DNA of 64,000 bases, from NCBI GenBank assembly GCA_019650355.1, contig BOWX01000001.1:10514-74513 (forward strand), given 5' to 3'. Source of the stretch: Fidelibacterota bacterium (lineage in GTDB: Bacteria > Fidelibacterota > Marinisomatia > Marinisomatales > Marinisomataceae). This document shows, piece after piece, positions 36,183 to 45,169 of the stretch. Position numbers and translations under genes: made by a program. How positions within the stretch are numbered: position 1 is the first letter of the stretch; every line of letters starts with the position of its first letter. The notes below the pieces were generated by a model. It made no database searches, was not told where the DNA came from, and was given only the letters and a program-made list of their open reading frames with translations.

Positions 36183-37102
36183 GCGTAAAACATTGTATAA
36201 AAGTAGATGACTTTAGTAAAAATGAGATTTTAGATTTATTTGAATTGGCTGCTGAATTAAAGTCTAAATATAGAAGTAAAGAAAGTTATCAACCCTTCAA
36301 AGACCACTCCATGGCTATGATATTTGCAAAACCTTCTGCGCGAACCAGAGTTTCATTTGAAACAGGTTTTGCTTGGATGGGAGGGCATGCAATTTATTTA
36401 GCTCCCCAAGATATTGGCTTAGGAACTCGTGAGAGTGCAGGTGATTTAGCTCAACTTTTCAGTAGATATAATGATATGATTATGGCAAGAGTATATAGTC
36501 ATAATGATATGTTGGAATTTGAAAAACATGCTACTGTTCCAGTTGTGAATGGTCTAACTGATTATAACCATCCATGTCAAATTCTTACTGATATGTTTAC
36601 AATTTGGGAGCAAAAAAAAGATAATTTAAGTGATTTAAAGATTGTATATGTTGGCGATGGAAATAATATTGTTAACTCATGGATAAGATTAGCTTCAGTA
36701 TTACCATTTGAATTCACTTGCGTCTGTCCTGAAGGGTATGAACCTGATGCAGAAACAATTTCATATGCCAATTCTAAAAATATCTCTTCAATAAATATTC
36801 TTCATGACCCAATTCAGGGAGTAAAAAATGCTGATGTTATCTATACAGATGTTTGGGCATCAATGGGTCAAAAAGAAGAAGTTGATGAAAGGGTAAAAAT
36901 ATTTTCTCCTTTGCAGGTAAATAATGATTTGATTCAACATGCAAAAAATGATTATATGTTTATGCATTGTTTGCCAGCTGAAAGAGGTAGAGAAGTTACC
37001 GATCAAGTAATTGATTCTCAAAATTCCATAGTATTTGAGCAAGCTGAGAATAGACTACATACCCAAAATGCTATTATGGTAACTCTAGCAAATAAAGTTT
37101 AG
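36179..37102 (+). CDS. argF: ornithine carbamoyltransferase
   Basis: SARTRVSFE (carbamoyl-phosphate site), HPCQ, DVWASMGQ and HCLPA. Confidence 0.8.
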   Translation: MSVKHCIKVDDFSKNEILDLFELAAELKSKYRSKESYQPFKDHSMAMIFAKPSARTRVSFETGFAWMGGHAIYLAPQDIGLGTRESAGDLAQLFSRYNDMIMARVYSHNDMLEFEKHATVPVVNGLTDYNHPCQILTDMFTIWEQKKDNLSDLKIVYVGDGNNIVNSWIRLASVLPFEFTCVCPEGYEPDAETISYANSKNISSINILHDPIQGVKNADVIYTDVWASMGQKEEVDERVKIFSPLQVNNDLIQHAKNDYMFMHCLPAERGREVTDQVIDSQNSIVFEQAENRLHTQNAIMVTLANKV

Positions 37103-37836
37103 TTATAAACTTTTTATACTAATTGAATTACCATCATATTTGGCATAATTAAATTGTTGATCACAACAATCATCAAGTATAATTAATTGTTTTTGATTTT
37201 CATTAAAATTAAATGAATGATGATAGTGACCCATGATTACAATATCACAACCTTTATTCCACTTTGATCTAGCATATTCAATCAACTCTGAATGAATTCT
37301 ATCTAACTTTTTATTATCAATTTTGTGTGAATCTTTTCTTTCATATGAAATTTTTTCTGCAACTTTTAACGCAATACTTTTTGGTAATAATGAGTATAAA
37401 AAACGAAAAATTTTACTTCTTAAAATAATCTTTAATAATCGATATCCTTTATCCCAAGATAGGATACCGTCTCCATGAGTGACATAAATTCTTTTATTAC
37501 CTGCAAATAAAATTTGATCATTTAAAAAAGATTTTGTTGTTAGTGATTCAAATTCTTTTCCTATCCAAAAATCATGATTCCCTGCTATAAAATATATTTC
37601 AATTCCTTTTTCTTTTATTTTTTCTAGTAATAAAAAAATCTTTTCAAAATAATTTGGATTATTTTTATTGTATTCGAAGTAATAATCAAAAAAATCACCC
37701 CATAATAAAGATACTTCCTTTAGACTTTTCAATTACATGAATAAACTCTTCCATTTTCTTGATTTTATGTTCATTAGATAATGAAGGAGTTGGAGAAAAG
37801 TGATTATCTCCAAAAAAATAGATTGGTAATTGCATT
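37103..37836 (-). CDS. lpxH: UDP-2,3-diacylglucosamine diphosphatase-like metallophosphoesterase; frameshift in the C4 run at 37699-37702
   Basis: The reverse strand from ATG (37836) reads MQLPIYFFGDNHFSP...KGSIFIMG, then stops. Removing one G of GGGG continues it as ..IMGDFFDYYFEY.. into listed ORF 37103..37732 (IAGNHDFW, THGDG, GHYHH). These are metallophosphoesterase motifs I-V in the LpxH order. Confidence 0.65.
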
Positions 37837-37981
37837 AAAAAACTTAATCTTTTATAAAAATTGCATCAATGAATTAATAATTTAAAATTTTTGTCTTAAA
37901 TTATACTATCTTTGATAATAAAAATATTTTGAATAAATAAATTATTTGAAACTTTATCAATTTTTTAACTTATAAAATCAT

Positions 37982-40900
37982 ATGCGCATTATACTTACTA
38001 TATTATTATTAACTAATCTTTTATATCCACAAAGTTTTGGGCAAAATAAGGTTCAATATGAATCCTTTGATTGGGAATACATTGTAAGTCCAAATACCAA
38101 TATATATTACTACGGAGATAATAAAGACCTAGCTATTTTTACATCTAAAGTAGCAGAAAGATCCATCGAGCAAATTGGAAAACATTTAAGATGGAGAAGT
38201 AATAAGCCAATTAAAATTATTGTTTATACTTCCCATAATGATTTCCAGCAAACAAACGTTGTAAATGTATATATGTCAGAGGGTGTTGGGGGAGTAACGG
38301 AATTATATAAAAATAGAATTGTTATTCCTTTTGAAGGTTCTTATGAACAGTTTGAACATGTAATTCATCATGAGCTCGTTCATGCAGCGATAAATGAGCT
38401 GGTGTATGGAGGGAATGCACAAGGTTTGATAAGTGGAAGAATACGTGTACAAGTTCCGCTATGGGCTAATGAAGGTTTAGCTGAATTTTTATCTGTTGAT
38501 TGGGATACTAATTCAGATATGGTACTAAGAGATCTAGCAATTGAAGATAGACTGCCTTCAATACCTGAACTTAATTATTCTATTTTAGCATATAAAGGAG
38601 GACAGTCTGTTTGGCAATACATTACTCAAAAATATGGTAGAGAGAAAGTTGGTGAAATTTTTCAGCAAATGAAAAGAGCACAGAATGATGAGCGCGGTTT
38701 TGAAAGCGCTTTGGGAGTAGATTATGAAAAACTTACTGAAGATTGGCATGATTTTGTTAAAAGAGAATATTGGCCTGACCTAGTAAATAGGGAAAATTTT
38801 GATGACTTTTCAACAAAAATAACTGATAGAACTGAAACAAGAAATTTTTATAATGTAAGTCCTTCATTTTCTCCAGATGGAAATACTATTGCATATTTTT
38901 CTGATCAAGATGGATATATGGATTTAATATTATACGAAGTTGATTCTGAAAAGCAAAAACAGCGCCTTATTAGAGGTAATACTACTCCAGATTTTGAGGA
39001 ATTAAAATGGTTGCAACCTGGAATTTCTTGGTCACCAGATGGGAAATCTATATCATTTGCTTCTAAGAGTGGAGAGCAAGATTCAATTATTATTGTAGAT
39101 ATTAAATCTGGAAAATATAAAAAGATTCCTATAGATCTTGATGGAGTTTTTACTACTTCATGGCACCCAACTGAAAATAAGATTGCATTTATGGGTCACA
39201 AGGATGATTCAAGTGACATTTATGTTATTGATTTAACAACAAAAGAGGTTACAAATATTACCAATGATATTTTTTCAGAATCTTCTCCAAGCTGGTCTTC
39301 AAATGGTGAAATAATTTATTTTACTTCAGATAGAGGTCAAAATACTAGCACTAATAGTATGTATGATGTTGATTTTTCTCAAACTGATATATTTCAATAT
39401 AGTTATCAAACCAACACAGTTTCTCAAATAACTAATACTGAATATAATGAAAATTATCCAGTTGCCAGTTCAGATGGAAATTTATTTTATACTGCAGACT
39501 ATAATGGTATTACAAATATTTTTAAACATAATCTTAGTAACAATGAAGCTTTTCCAATTACTAATGTTGTTACTGGTGTTCAACAGATAGATTTAGATAG
39601 TAATGATAATTTGGTTTTTTCAGGATTTAAGAAACGAGGTTGGGATTTATATATAATGAATAATCCTAATTCTTTTGAAAAAAAGGAAATTAAGCCAACA
39701 AAATTTTATGCAAATAAAAACCGTAGTACTGATTTTGAAGATTTAAGAACTTTTACAAGCAAAAAAGTCAACTTAAGTCCAGAAGATTATTCCAAATATA
39801 TTTTTGCCAGAAATTATCAGTACAGAAATGATAAGAAAGATAATAATGAAGAAGTAGAAGTTGATTCTTTACGCTTTCAGGATGATTATTTAGCAAGAAA
39901 ATATCAAACAGATTTTTCTGTAGATTATATCGCCACAACAGCAACCATTGATAATCTTTTTGGAACTCGTGGTGTTGCAAACTTATCTTGGAGCGACGTA
40001 ATGGGAGATCATAGAATCAACGTTGGTACCAATTTAGTTTTTGACTTAAATAATAGTGATTTAGTAGTTCAGTATGCATATCTAAAAAATAGAACAAATT
40101 ATTATACTACATTATTTCAACAAGCTAATACATTTTCTTTGGGATATAATATGAATTATGACTTCATTGGTCAACTTAGAGATTACGGTATAGGATTTTA
40201 CGGACAATACCCTTTTTCTAAATTTATGAGATTAGATTTTGGAGCAACACTAAGAAATGTAGATTATGAAATTAAGCAATTTGATATTTTTACTTTTCAG
40301 ACTTCAACAAATTATAAAGAAAATTTAAAAGCAGTTGTTCCTATTACAAGTTTTGTTTTTGATAATTCTACTAATGGTTATACTGGTCCAGTTGATGGAT
40401 TTAAGCAATATTTTACATTTCAATTTAGTCCTGATATAGGATCAAACTCTATACCATTTCAAACTCTAAAATTTGATATGCGAAAATATTACAAGATTAA
40501 TAGAAATTATAGTTTAGCAGCAAGATTAATGTTAGGTAAAAGTGTTGGAGATAAACCTCAAAAATTCTTTTTAGGTGGTAATTCTCAAATGATGATTTTT
40601 TCAGATACACAAACTGAAGGAAGAGATGATTCGGGATTTTATGCTCAAAGAGTTCTTGATTATGATAATACAAGTATTTTAGAAGATGTTTATTTTAGTG
40701 AATATGTTTTTCCTTTAAGAGGTGCAAGATATAGAGAAAGAGTGGGAGAAAATGTAGCTGTAGCTAACTTTGAATTTAGATTCCCATTTGTTAACTATGT
40801 TGATGTAAGTTTTCCTGCTAGAATTAGATTTGGAAATATTTTTGGTCATCTTTTTGTAGATGTTGGAGCAGCCTGGGATTCATCTGATGAATTCAATAAT

Positions 40901-41089
40901 AGTGAGTTAGTTAGAAATAAATATGGGCTTACTGATCCTGAAGCTTCTCCAATATTAACTACCTTTGGTATCGGAACAAAAATTTTTACTCCATTTGCTT
41001 TAATTAGAATTGATACAGCATGGGATAAATACCCAAGCGGAGGTTATTCAAAACCTCAATATATAATATCTTTCGGTTACGACTGGTAA
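37982..41089 (+). CDS. large outer-membrane protein: N-terminal HExxH zincin-like region, PD40/TolB-type beta-propeller repeats, C-terminal Omp85/surface-antigen-type beta-barrel
   Basis: Signal peptide, then HVIHHELVHAAINE (HExxH). At least five PD40-like repeats follow (SPSFSPDGNTIAYFSDQDG, ISWSPDGKSISFAS, TSWHPTENKIAFMG, SPSWSSNGEIIYFTSDRG, YPVASSDGNLFYTADYNG). The C-terminal third is alternating-hydrophobic and ends FGYDW, with a terminal aromatic. Confidence 0.6.
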   Translation: MRIILTILLLTNLLYPQSFGQNKVQYESFDWEYIVSPNTNIYYYGDNKDLAIFTSKVAERSIEQIGKHLRWRSNKPIKIIVYTSHNDFQQTNVVNVYMSEGVGGVTELYKNRIVIPFEGSYEQFEHVIHHELVHAAINELVYGGNAQGLISGRIRVQVPLWANEGLAEFLSVDWDTNSDMVLRDLAIEDRLPSIPELNYSILAYKGGQSVWQYITQKYGREKVGEIFQQMKRAQNDERGFESALGVDYEKLTEDWHDFVKREYWPDLVNRENFDDFSTKITDRTETRNFYNVSPSFSPDGNTIAYFSDQDGYMDLILYEVDSEKQKQRLIRGNTTPDFEELKWLQPGISWSPDGKSISFASKSGEQDSIIIVDIKSGKYKKIPIDLDGVFTTSWHPTENKIAFMGHKDDSSDIYVIDLTTKEVTNITNDIFSESSPSWSSNGEIIYFTSDRGQNTSTNSMYDVDFSQTDIFQYSYQTNTVSQITNTEYNENYPVASSDGNLFYTADYNGITNIFKHNLSNNEAFPITNVVTGVQQIDLDSNDNLVFSGFKKRGWDLYIMNNPNSFEKKEIKPTKFYANKNRSTDFEDLRTFTSKKVNLSPEDYSKYIFARNYQYRNDKKDNNEEVEVDSLRFQDDYLARKYQTDFSVDYIATTATIDNLFGTRGVANLSWSDVMGDHRINVGTNLVFDLNNSDLVVQYAYLKNRTNYYTTLFQQANTFSLGYNMNYDFIGQLRDYGIGFYGQYPFSKFMRLDFGATLRNVDYEIKQFDIFTFQTSTNYKENLKAVVPITSFVFDNSTNGYTGPVDGFKQYFTFQFSPDIGSNSIPFQTLKFDMRKYYKINRNYSLAARLMLGKSVGDKPQKFFLGGNSQMMIFSDTQTEGRDDSGFYAQRVLDYDNTSILEDVYFSEYVFPLRGARYRERVGENVAVANFEFRFPFVNYVDVSFPARIRFGNIFGHLFVDVGAAWDSSDEFNNSELVRNKYGLTDPEASPILTTFGIGTKIFTPFALIRIDTAWDKYPSGGYSKPQYIISFGYDW

Positions 41090-41094
41090 ATGTT

Positions 41095-42216
41095 TTGAAA
41101 TTCTCAGTTTTATCTGAAGATAATAATTCTCTAGCTAGAACAGGCTTGATCGAAACAGATCATTCCACAATAGAAACTCCAGTTTTTATGCCAGTAGGAA
41201 CCCATGGTGTTGTTAAAACGCTATCTCCAGATGACTTAAATGCTATGAGCGTTCAAATAATGCTTTCAAATACCTATCATTTATATTTAAGACCGGGAAC
41301 CGAGATTATAAATGAAAATGAAGGGTTGCATAAATTTTTAAATTGGGATAAAAGCATTCTAACTGATAGTGGTGGATATCAAGTATTCTCTTTAAGCAAC
41401 ATGAACGAAATAACTAGCGATGGTGTAAATTTTAGATCGCATTTAGATGGAAGTGAACATTTTTTTACTCCCCAAAAATCCATGGAAGTTCAAAGACAGT
41501 TAGGTTCTGACATAATTATGGCTTTTGATTATTGCCCTCCCGCAGATTGCTCTGAAAAAGAGCTTAGAAGAGCATCAACTTTAACTGAAAAATGGACCAA
41601 GCAAGCTTTTGAATATCTAAACGATAAAACGAGCATTTATGGTCATAATCAAACGCTTTTCCCAATAATTCAAGGGGGTATTAATCCAGAAGAAAGATTA
41701 AAATGTTTGAATCAAATGCTTCCATATGCTACATGTGGAATAGCAATTGGAGGACTTTCAGTTGGCGAAAAAAAAGAACCAATGCTTGATATTGTTGAGT
41801 TATTAGGAAAAAATATGCCCGTAGATCAACCAAGATATTTGATGGGAGTTGGTAAACCTACAGATTTGGTTAAAGCAATTTTACGAGGTGTAGATATGTT
41901 TGATTGTGTGCTGCCCGCCAGGAATGCAAGAAATGGTCAGATATTCACACATGATGGTGTTATAAATATTATGAATAGTGCTTATTCAAATGATACATCA
42001 CCAATAGATAAACATAGTTCAATAGAGTATGCAAAAACTTTTTCAAAGTCATATCTAAGACACCTTTTTAAAGTGAATGAGATGTTTGGACTGAGGATTG
42101 CAACCTTAATCAACATAGCATATTATTTGGATTTGATTAATGAAATAAAAAATGAAATTAATAATAATACTTTTGTAAAATGGTCTGATAAGTATTTAAA
42201 AATGTATGAGAATTAA
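41095..42216 (+). CDS. tgt: tRNA-guanine(34) transglycosylase (queuine tRNA-ribosyltransferase)
   Basis: ARTGLIETDHSTIETPVFMPVGT, LTDSGGYQVFSL, GLSVGE and DMFDCVLPARNARNG. Confidence 0.9.
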   Translation: MKFSVLSEDNNSLARTGLIETDHSTIETPVFMPVGTHGVVKTLSPDDLNAMSVQIMLSNTYHLYLRPGTEIINENEGLHKFLNWDKSILTDSGGYQVFSLSNMNEITSDGVNFRSHLDGSEHFFTPQKSMEVQRQLGSDIIMAFDYCPPADCSEKELRRASTLTEKWTKQAFEYLNDKTSIYGHNQTLFPIIQGGINPEERLKCLNQMLPYATCGIAIGGLSVGEKKEPMLDIVELLGKNMPVDQPRYLMGVGKPTDLVKAILRGVDMFDCVLPARNARNGQIFTHDGVINIMNSAYSNDTSPIDKHSSIEYAKTFSKSYLRHLFKVNEMFGLRIATLINIAYYLDLINEIKNEINNNTFVKWSDKYLKMYEN

Positions 42217-42219
42217 ATT

Positions 42220-42675
42220 ATGTTAAAAATTGGTCAAAAAGCTCCAGAGTTTTCATTGCCAAACCAGGATGATGTAATTATATCTTTAAAAGATTTTAAA
42301 GGTCAAAAGTTGCTTATATGGTTTTTCCCCAAGGCAAGTACAAGTGGTTGTACTAAAGAAGGAATAGGGTTCAATGATCTCATCAAAAATTTTAACAAAC
42401 AAAATATTTCTATCTTAGGTGTTAGTAAAGATTCAGTTAAAGCTCAAAAAAACTTTTGTACAAAAAATGAATTTAAATTTGATATTTTATCAGATACGGA
42501 ATTAAGTGTCCTAAAAAAATATAAAGCATGGGGGCTTAAAAAAATGTATGGAAGAGAATATGAGGGTATTCTTAGGATATCTTATTTAATAGATGAAAAT
42601 GGAATGATTGAACAAGCTTATAGTAAAGTAAAAACTGCAACACATGCATCTGATGTTCTTGAATCAATTAAATAA
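42220..42675 (+). CDS. bcp: thioredoxin-dependent peroxiredoxin Bcp
   Basis: KAPEFSLPNQ..., WFFPKASTSGCTKE (peroxidatic Cys motif) and GVSKDSVKAQKNF. 151 aa. Confidence 0.85.
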   Translation: MLKIGQKAPEFSLPNQDDVIISLKDFKGQKLLIWFFPKASTSGCTKEGIGFNDLIKNFNKQNISILGVSKDSVKAQKNFCTKNEFKFDILSDTELSVLKKYKAWGLKKMYGREYEGILRISYLIDENGMIEQAYSKVKTATHASDVLESIK

Positions 42676-43708
42676 GATACTCTTAGCTCTATGTTTGCTA
42701 GTTCTATTTTCATGTGCATCTGTTAAAGCGCCTCAAGGAGGACCTTTAGATTCTGATCCACCAAAATTAAAGTCAACTACTCCAGCAATTTTAACCAATC
42801 TAAATCAGGGGCAACAAATTACCTTATCTTTTAATGAGTTTATTAAAGAAGAGTCTCTTAAAAACGCAATCGAACTTTTTCCAACCGTAAATCAAAAAAT
42901 TGATTTTGAATATTATGGAAAAGAGGTAATAATTACGTTACCATCCAATCTTGATAAGGACAAAACATATGTTATATCATTGAATTCTAATTTATCTGAT
43001 GAACAAAATGTTAAGTTAAATGAAAATATTGTTATTCCAATAAGTCTTTCAAATTCAATCAATCAAGCAGCAATTAAAGGAAAAATATTTGGATCATATA
43101 GCAAACCCTCAATATTATTATGGAAAGGTATAATTGATAAGAATGAATTACTTTCAAAAAAACCTGATTATATAATTTCATCTTCAGATAAATTTAGTTT
43201 TGGTTATTTAGCATATGATAAATACACCATCTTGGCTGTCGATTTATATAATCCAAAATTATCATTAGAAAAAAATAAATTATCATTTTTTTCAGAAAGC
43301 TTTATTGATTTAAAAAAAGATAATGTTCCAGATTTAAATTTCTTTTTTAATGCTGAAGAAGTTGAAGTTGAATCAGACTCTTTGAATGCAACAGAGGATA
43401 TAGAGCAATTTGCAAATATTGTAGGTAATATTAATGGCAATTATATTCTCCCAGTTGTTATTGAATTAAAAAATGAAGATAATACTTTTAAAACAGAATT
43501 ATCTTTTGATGGAAAATTTAAAATTGATAATGTAATTAGTGGAACGTATCAATTATTTGCTTATCAAGATCGAAATAATAATAAGATTCTTGATACTGGG
43601 AATTTAGAAGATGATATTAACTCAGAAAAATTCTATGTTTATCCAGATTCATTAACTTTAAGGGCAAATTGGGAATTAGAAATAGAAGATTGGAAGATAA
43701 ATCAATGA
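42644..43708 (+). CDS. Ig-like-domain lipoprotein (hypothetical)
   Basis: Lipobox LVLFSC followed by ASVKAPQGGPLDSDPP, a start typical of Big_5/SbsA-Ig-like lipoproteins. Beta-rich. The start could instead be the ATG at 42653. Confidence 0.45.
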   Translation: MHLMFLNQLNKILLALCLLVLFSCASVKAPQGGPLDSDPPKLKSTTPAILTNLNQGQQITLSFNEFIKEESLKNAIELFPTVNQKIDFEYYGKEVIITLPSNLDKDKTYVISLNSNLSDEQNVKLNENIVIPISLSNSINQAAIKGKIFGSYSKPSILLWKGIIDKNELLSKKPDYIISSSDKFSFGYLAYDKYTILAVDLYNPKLSLEKNKLSFFSESFIDLKKDNVPDLNFFFNAEEVEVESDSLNATEDIEQFANIVGNINGNYILPVVIELKNEDNTFKTELSFDGKFKIDNVISGTYQLFAYQDRNNNKILDTGNLEDDINSEKFYVYPDSLTLRANWELEIEDWKINQ

Positions 43709-44116
43709 AGAAAGGAAATAGTAGTAGCTGTTAGTGGATATTTTGATCCAATTCATGTTGGACATTTAGAGTATTTACAGCTAGCTAGTCAATTGGGAGA
43801 TAAATTAATTGTTATTATAAATAATAATCATCAAGCAGAGATCAAAAAGGGAGAGTTTTTTATGCATGAGAATGACAGAATGGAAATTGTCGCTGCACTT
43901 AAATGCGTTGATGAAGTTTTTTTAAGTATTGATTCAGATGGAAGTGTTTGTAAAAGTTTAGAAGCAATAAAACCTGATATTTTTGCAAACGGAGGAGATA
44001 GATCTTTGGAGGAAATTCCTGAAACTGCTGTCATGAAAAAATATAATATTAAAATGGTCGATGGTTTGGGTGATAAAATAAGAAGCAGTAGTGATTTAAC
44101 TGGAATTGGTAAATGA
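43705..44116 (+). CDS. cytidylyltransferase-family nucleotidyltransferase (RfaE domain II / heptose-1-P adenylyltransferase-like); frameshift near 43712-43716
   Basis: The frame-2 text IVVAVSGYFDPIHVGHLEYLQLA (HxGH motif) has no start codon of its own, because TGA lies at 43706. It is reached from the ATG at 43705 (ATGA overlap with the upstream stop) only by a 1-nt shift in AAAGGAAA. It continues into listed ORF 43793..44116 (..RSSSDL..). Confidence 0.6.
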
Positions 44117-44391
44117 AAAAAAAGCCTGATAAAAAGAAAACACAATTATTAGAAGATTTCCTTGAGCTTGGAGAAAAATGTAACATAAAAATCATACATG
44201 ATAAAGGTGATTTTAATGGCGATAACTGTTTATTATTTTCAAATGATACTATTGTAATTAATAAGCACAAACCTCTTGAACAGAGATTGTATGTTTTAGC
44301 AAAGTGTTTTAGTCAAATTAATCTTGATAATGTTTATATTAAACCCATGCTAAGAGATTTAATTAATCAAGCCAAAACAGATAATACATGA
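44113..44391 (+). CDS. hypothetical 92-aa protein
   Basis: The ORF is linked by ATGA overlaps to both neighbours. Lys-rich N-terminus. No motif recognised. Confidence 0.35.
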   Translation: MKKKPDKKKTQLLEDFLELGEKCNIKIIHDKGDFNGDNCLLFSNDTIVINKHKPLEQRLYVLAKCFSQINLDNVYIKPMLRDLINQAKTDNT

Positions 44392-44885
44392 GTAATCAAA
44401 AACATTTATGGGCTCCATGGAAAATGGATTACCTCAAAAATAAGAAACAAGATTCTCAAAAGATTTTTTCTGATTTTATAAATGAAGATAATGATAAAGA
44501 ACATTTAATCCTTCATCGTGCAAAACATTGTTATGTAATAATGAATTATTATCCTTATAATAATGGACATTTAATGGTTATTCCTTATAAAGAAGTTGAT
44601 AGATTTGAAGATCTCGAAGATGAAGTTTTATCTGAGATTATGTCTATTTCCAAAAAAGTGATGAAAATATTAAGAAGTAGTTTTAATTGTGATGGATTTA
44701 ATTTTGGAGCTAATGTAGGTGAAGGCTCGGGTGCTTCCATTCAATCTCATTTGCATTTTCATATAGTTCCTCGCTGGAAAAGTGATACATCTTTTATGCC
44801 AGTTATTGGAAATACAAAAGTGATGGCTCAAACGTTTCATGATACATATGAGCAATTATTAAAATTATTTAAGGGTGAACTATAA
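44388..44885 (+). CDS. HIT-family nucleotide hydrolase/phosphorylase (Ap4A-phosphorylase-like branch)
   Basis: Histidine triad HLHFHIVPR. The N-terminal LWAPWKMDYL resembles the GalT-like/Ap4A phosphorylase HIT subgroup. Confidence 0.7.
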   Translation: MSNQKHLWAPWKMDYLKNKKQDSQKIFSDFINEDNDKEHLILHRAKHCYVIMNYYPYNNGHLMVIPYKEVDRFEDLEDEVLSEIMSISKKVMKILRSSFNCDGFNFGANVGEGSGASIQSHLHFHIVPRWKSDTSFMPVIGNTKVMAQTFHDTYEQLLKLFKGEL

Positions 44886-45169
44886 TGGATTTATTTTCAC
44901 ATTCCTGGCTTCCTTTTATGTATCAATATGGTTTTGGGATATTGATTTTTGGTGGAGGTCTTTTTGCAGTATTTAAGGCTTATGGTGGAAAAGAATTTTG
45001 GAACCAGTATAAGATATGGATTCAAATATTGATTTGGGGATTCATTTATGTTTCTTCAATTCACTTATTAATGACTGTTTCAGCGCTGAATGATTATCCT
45101 CAGTTATATCTAGTAATTTTATCTTTGTACATATTCAATGTCTTTTTATTGACAAGGAAAATTACATGA
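44885..45169 (+). CDS. small integral membrane protein (possible symporter small subunit)
   Basis: 94 aa, three hydrophobic segments. It overlaps the start of the downstream sodium:solute symporter gene by 4 nt. Confidence 0.4.
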   Translation: MDLFSHSWLPFMYQYGFGILIFGGGLFAVFKAYGGKEFWNQYKIWIQILIWGFIYVSSIHLLMTVSALNDYPQLYLVILSLYIFNVFLLTRKIT

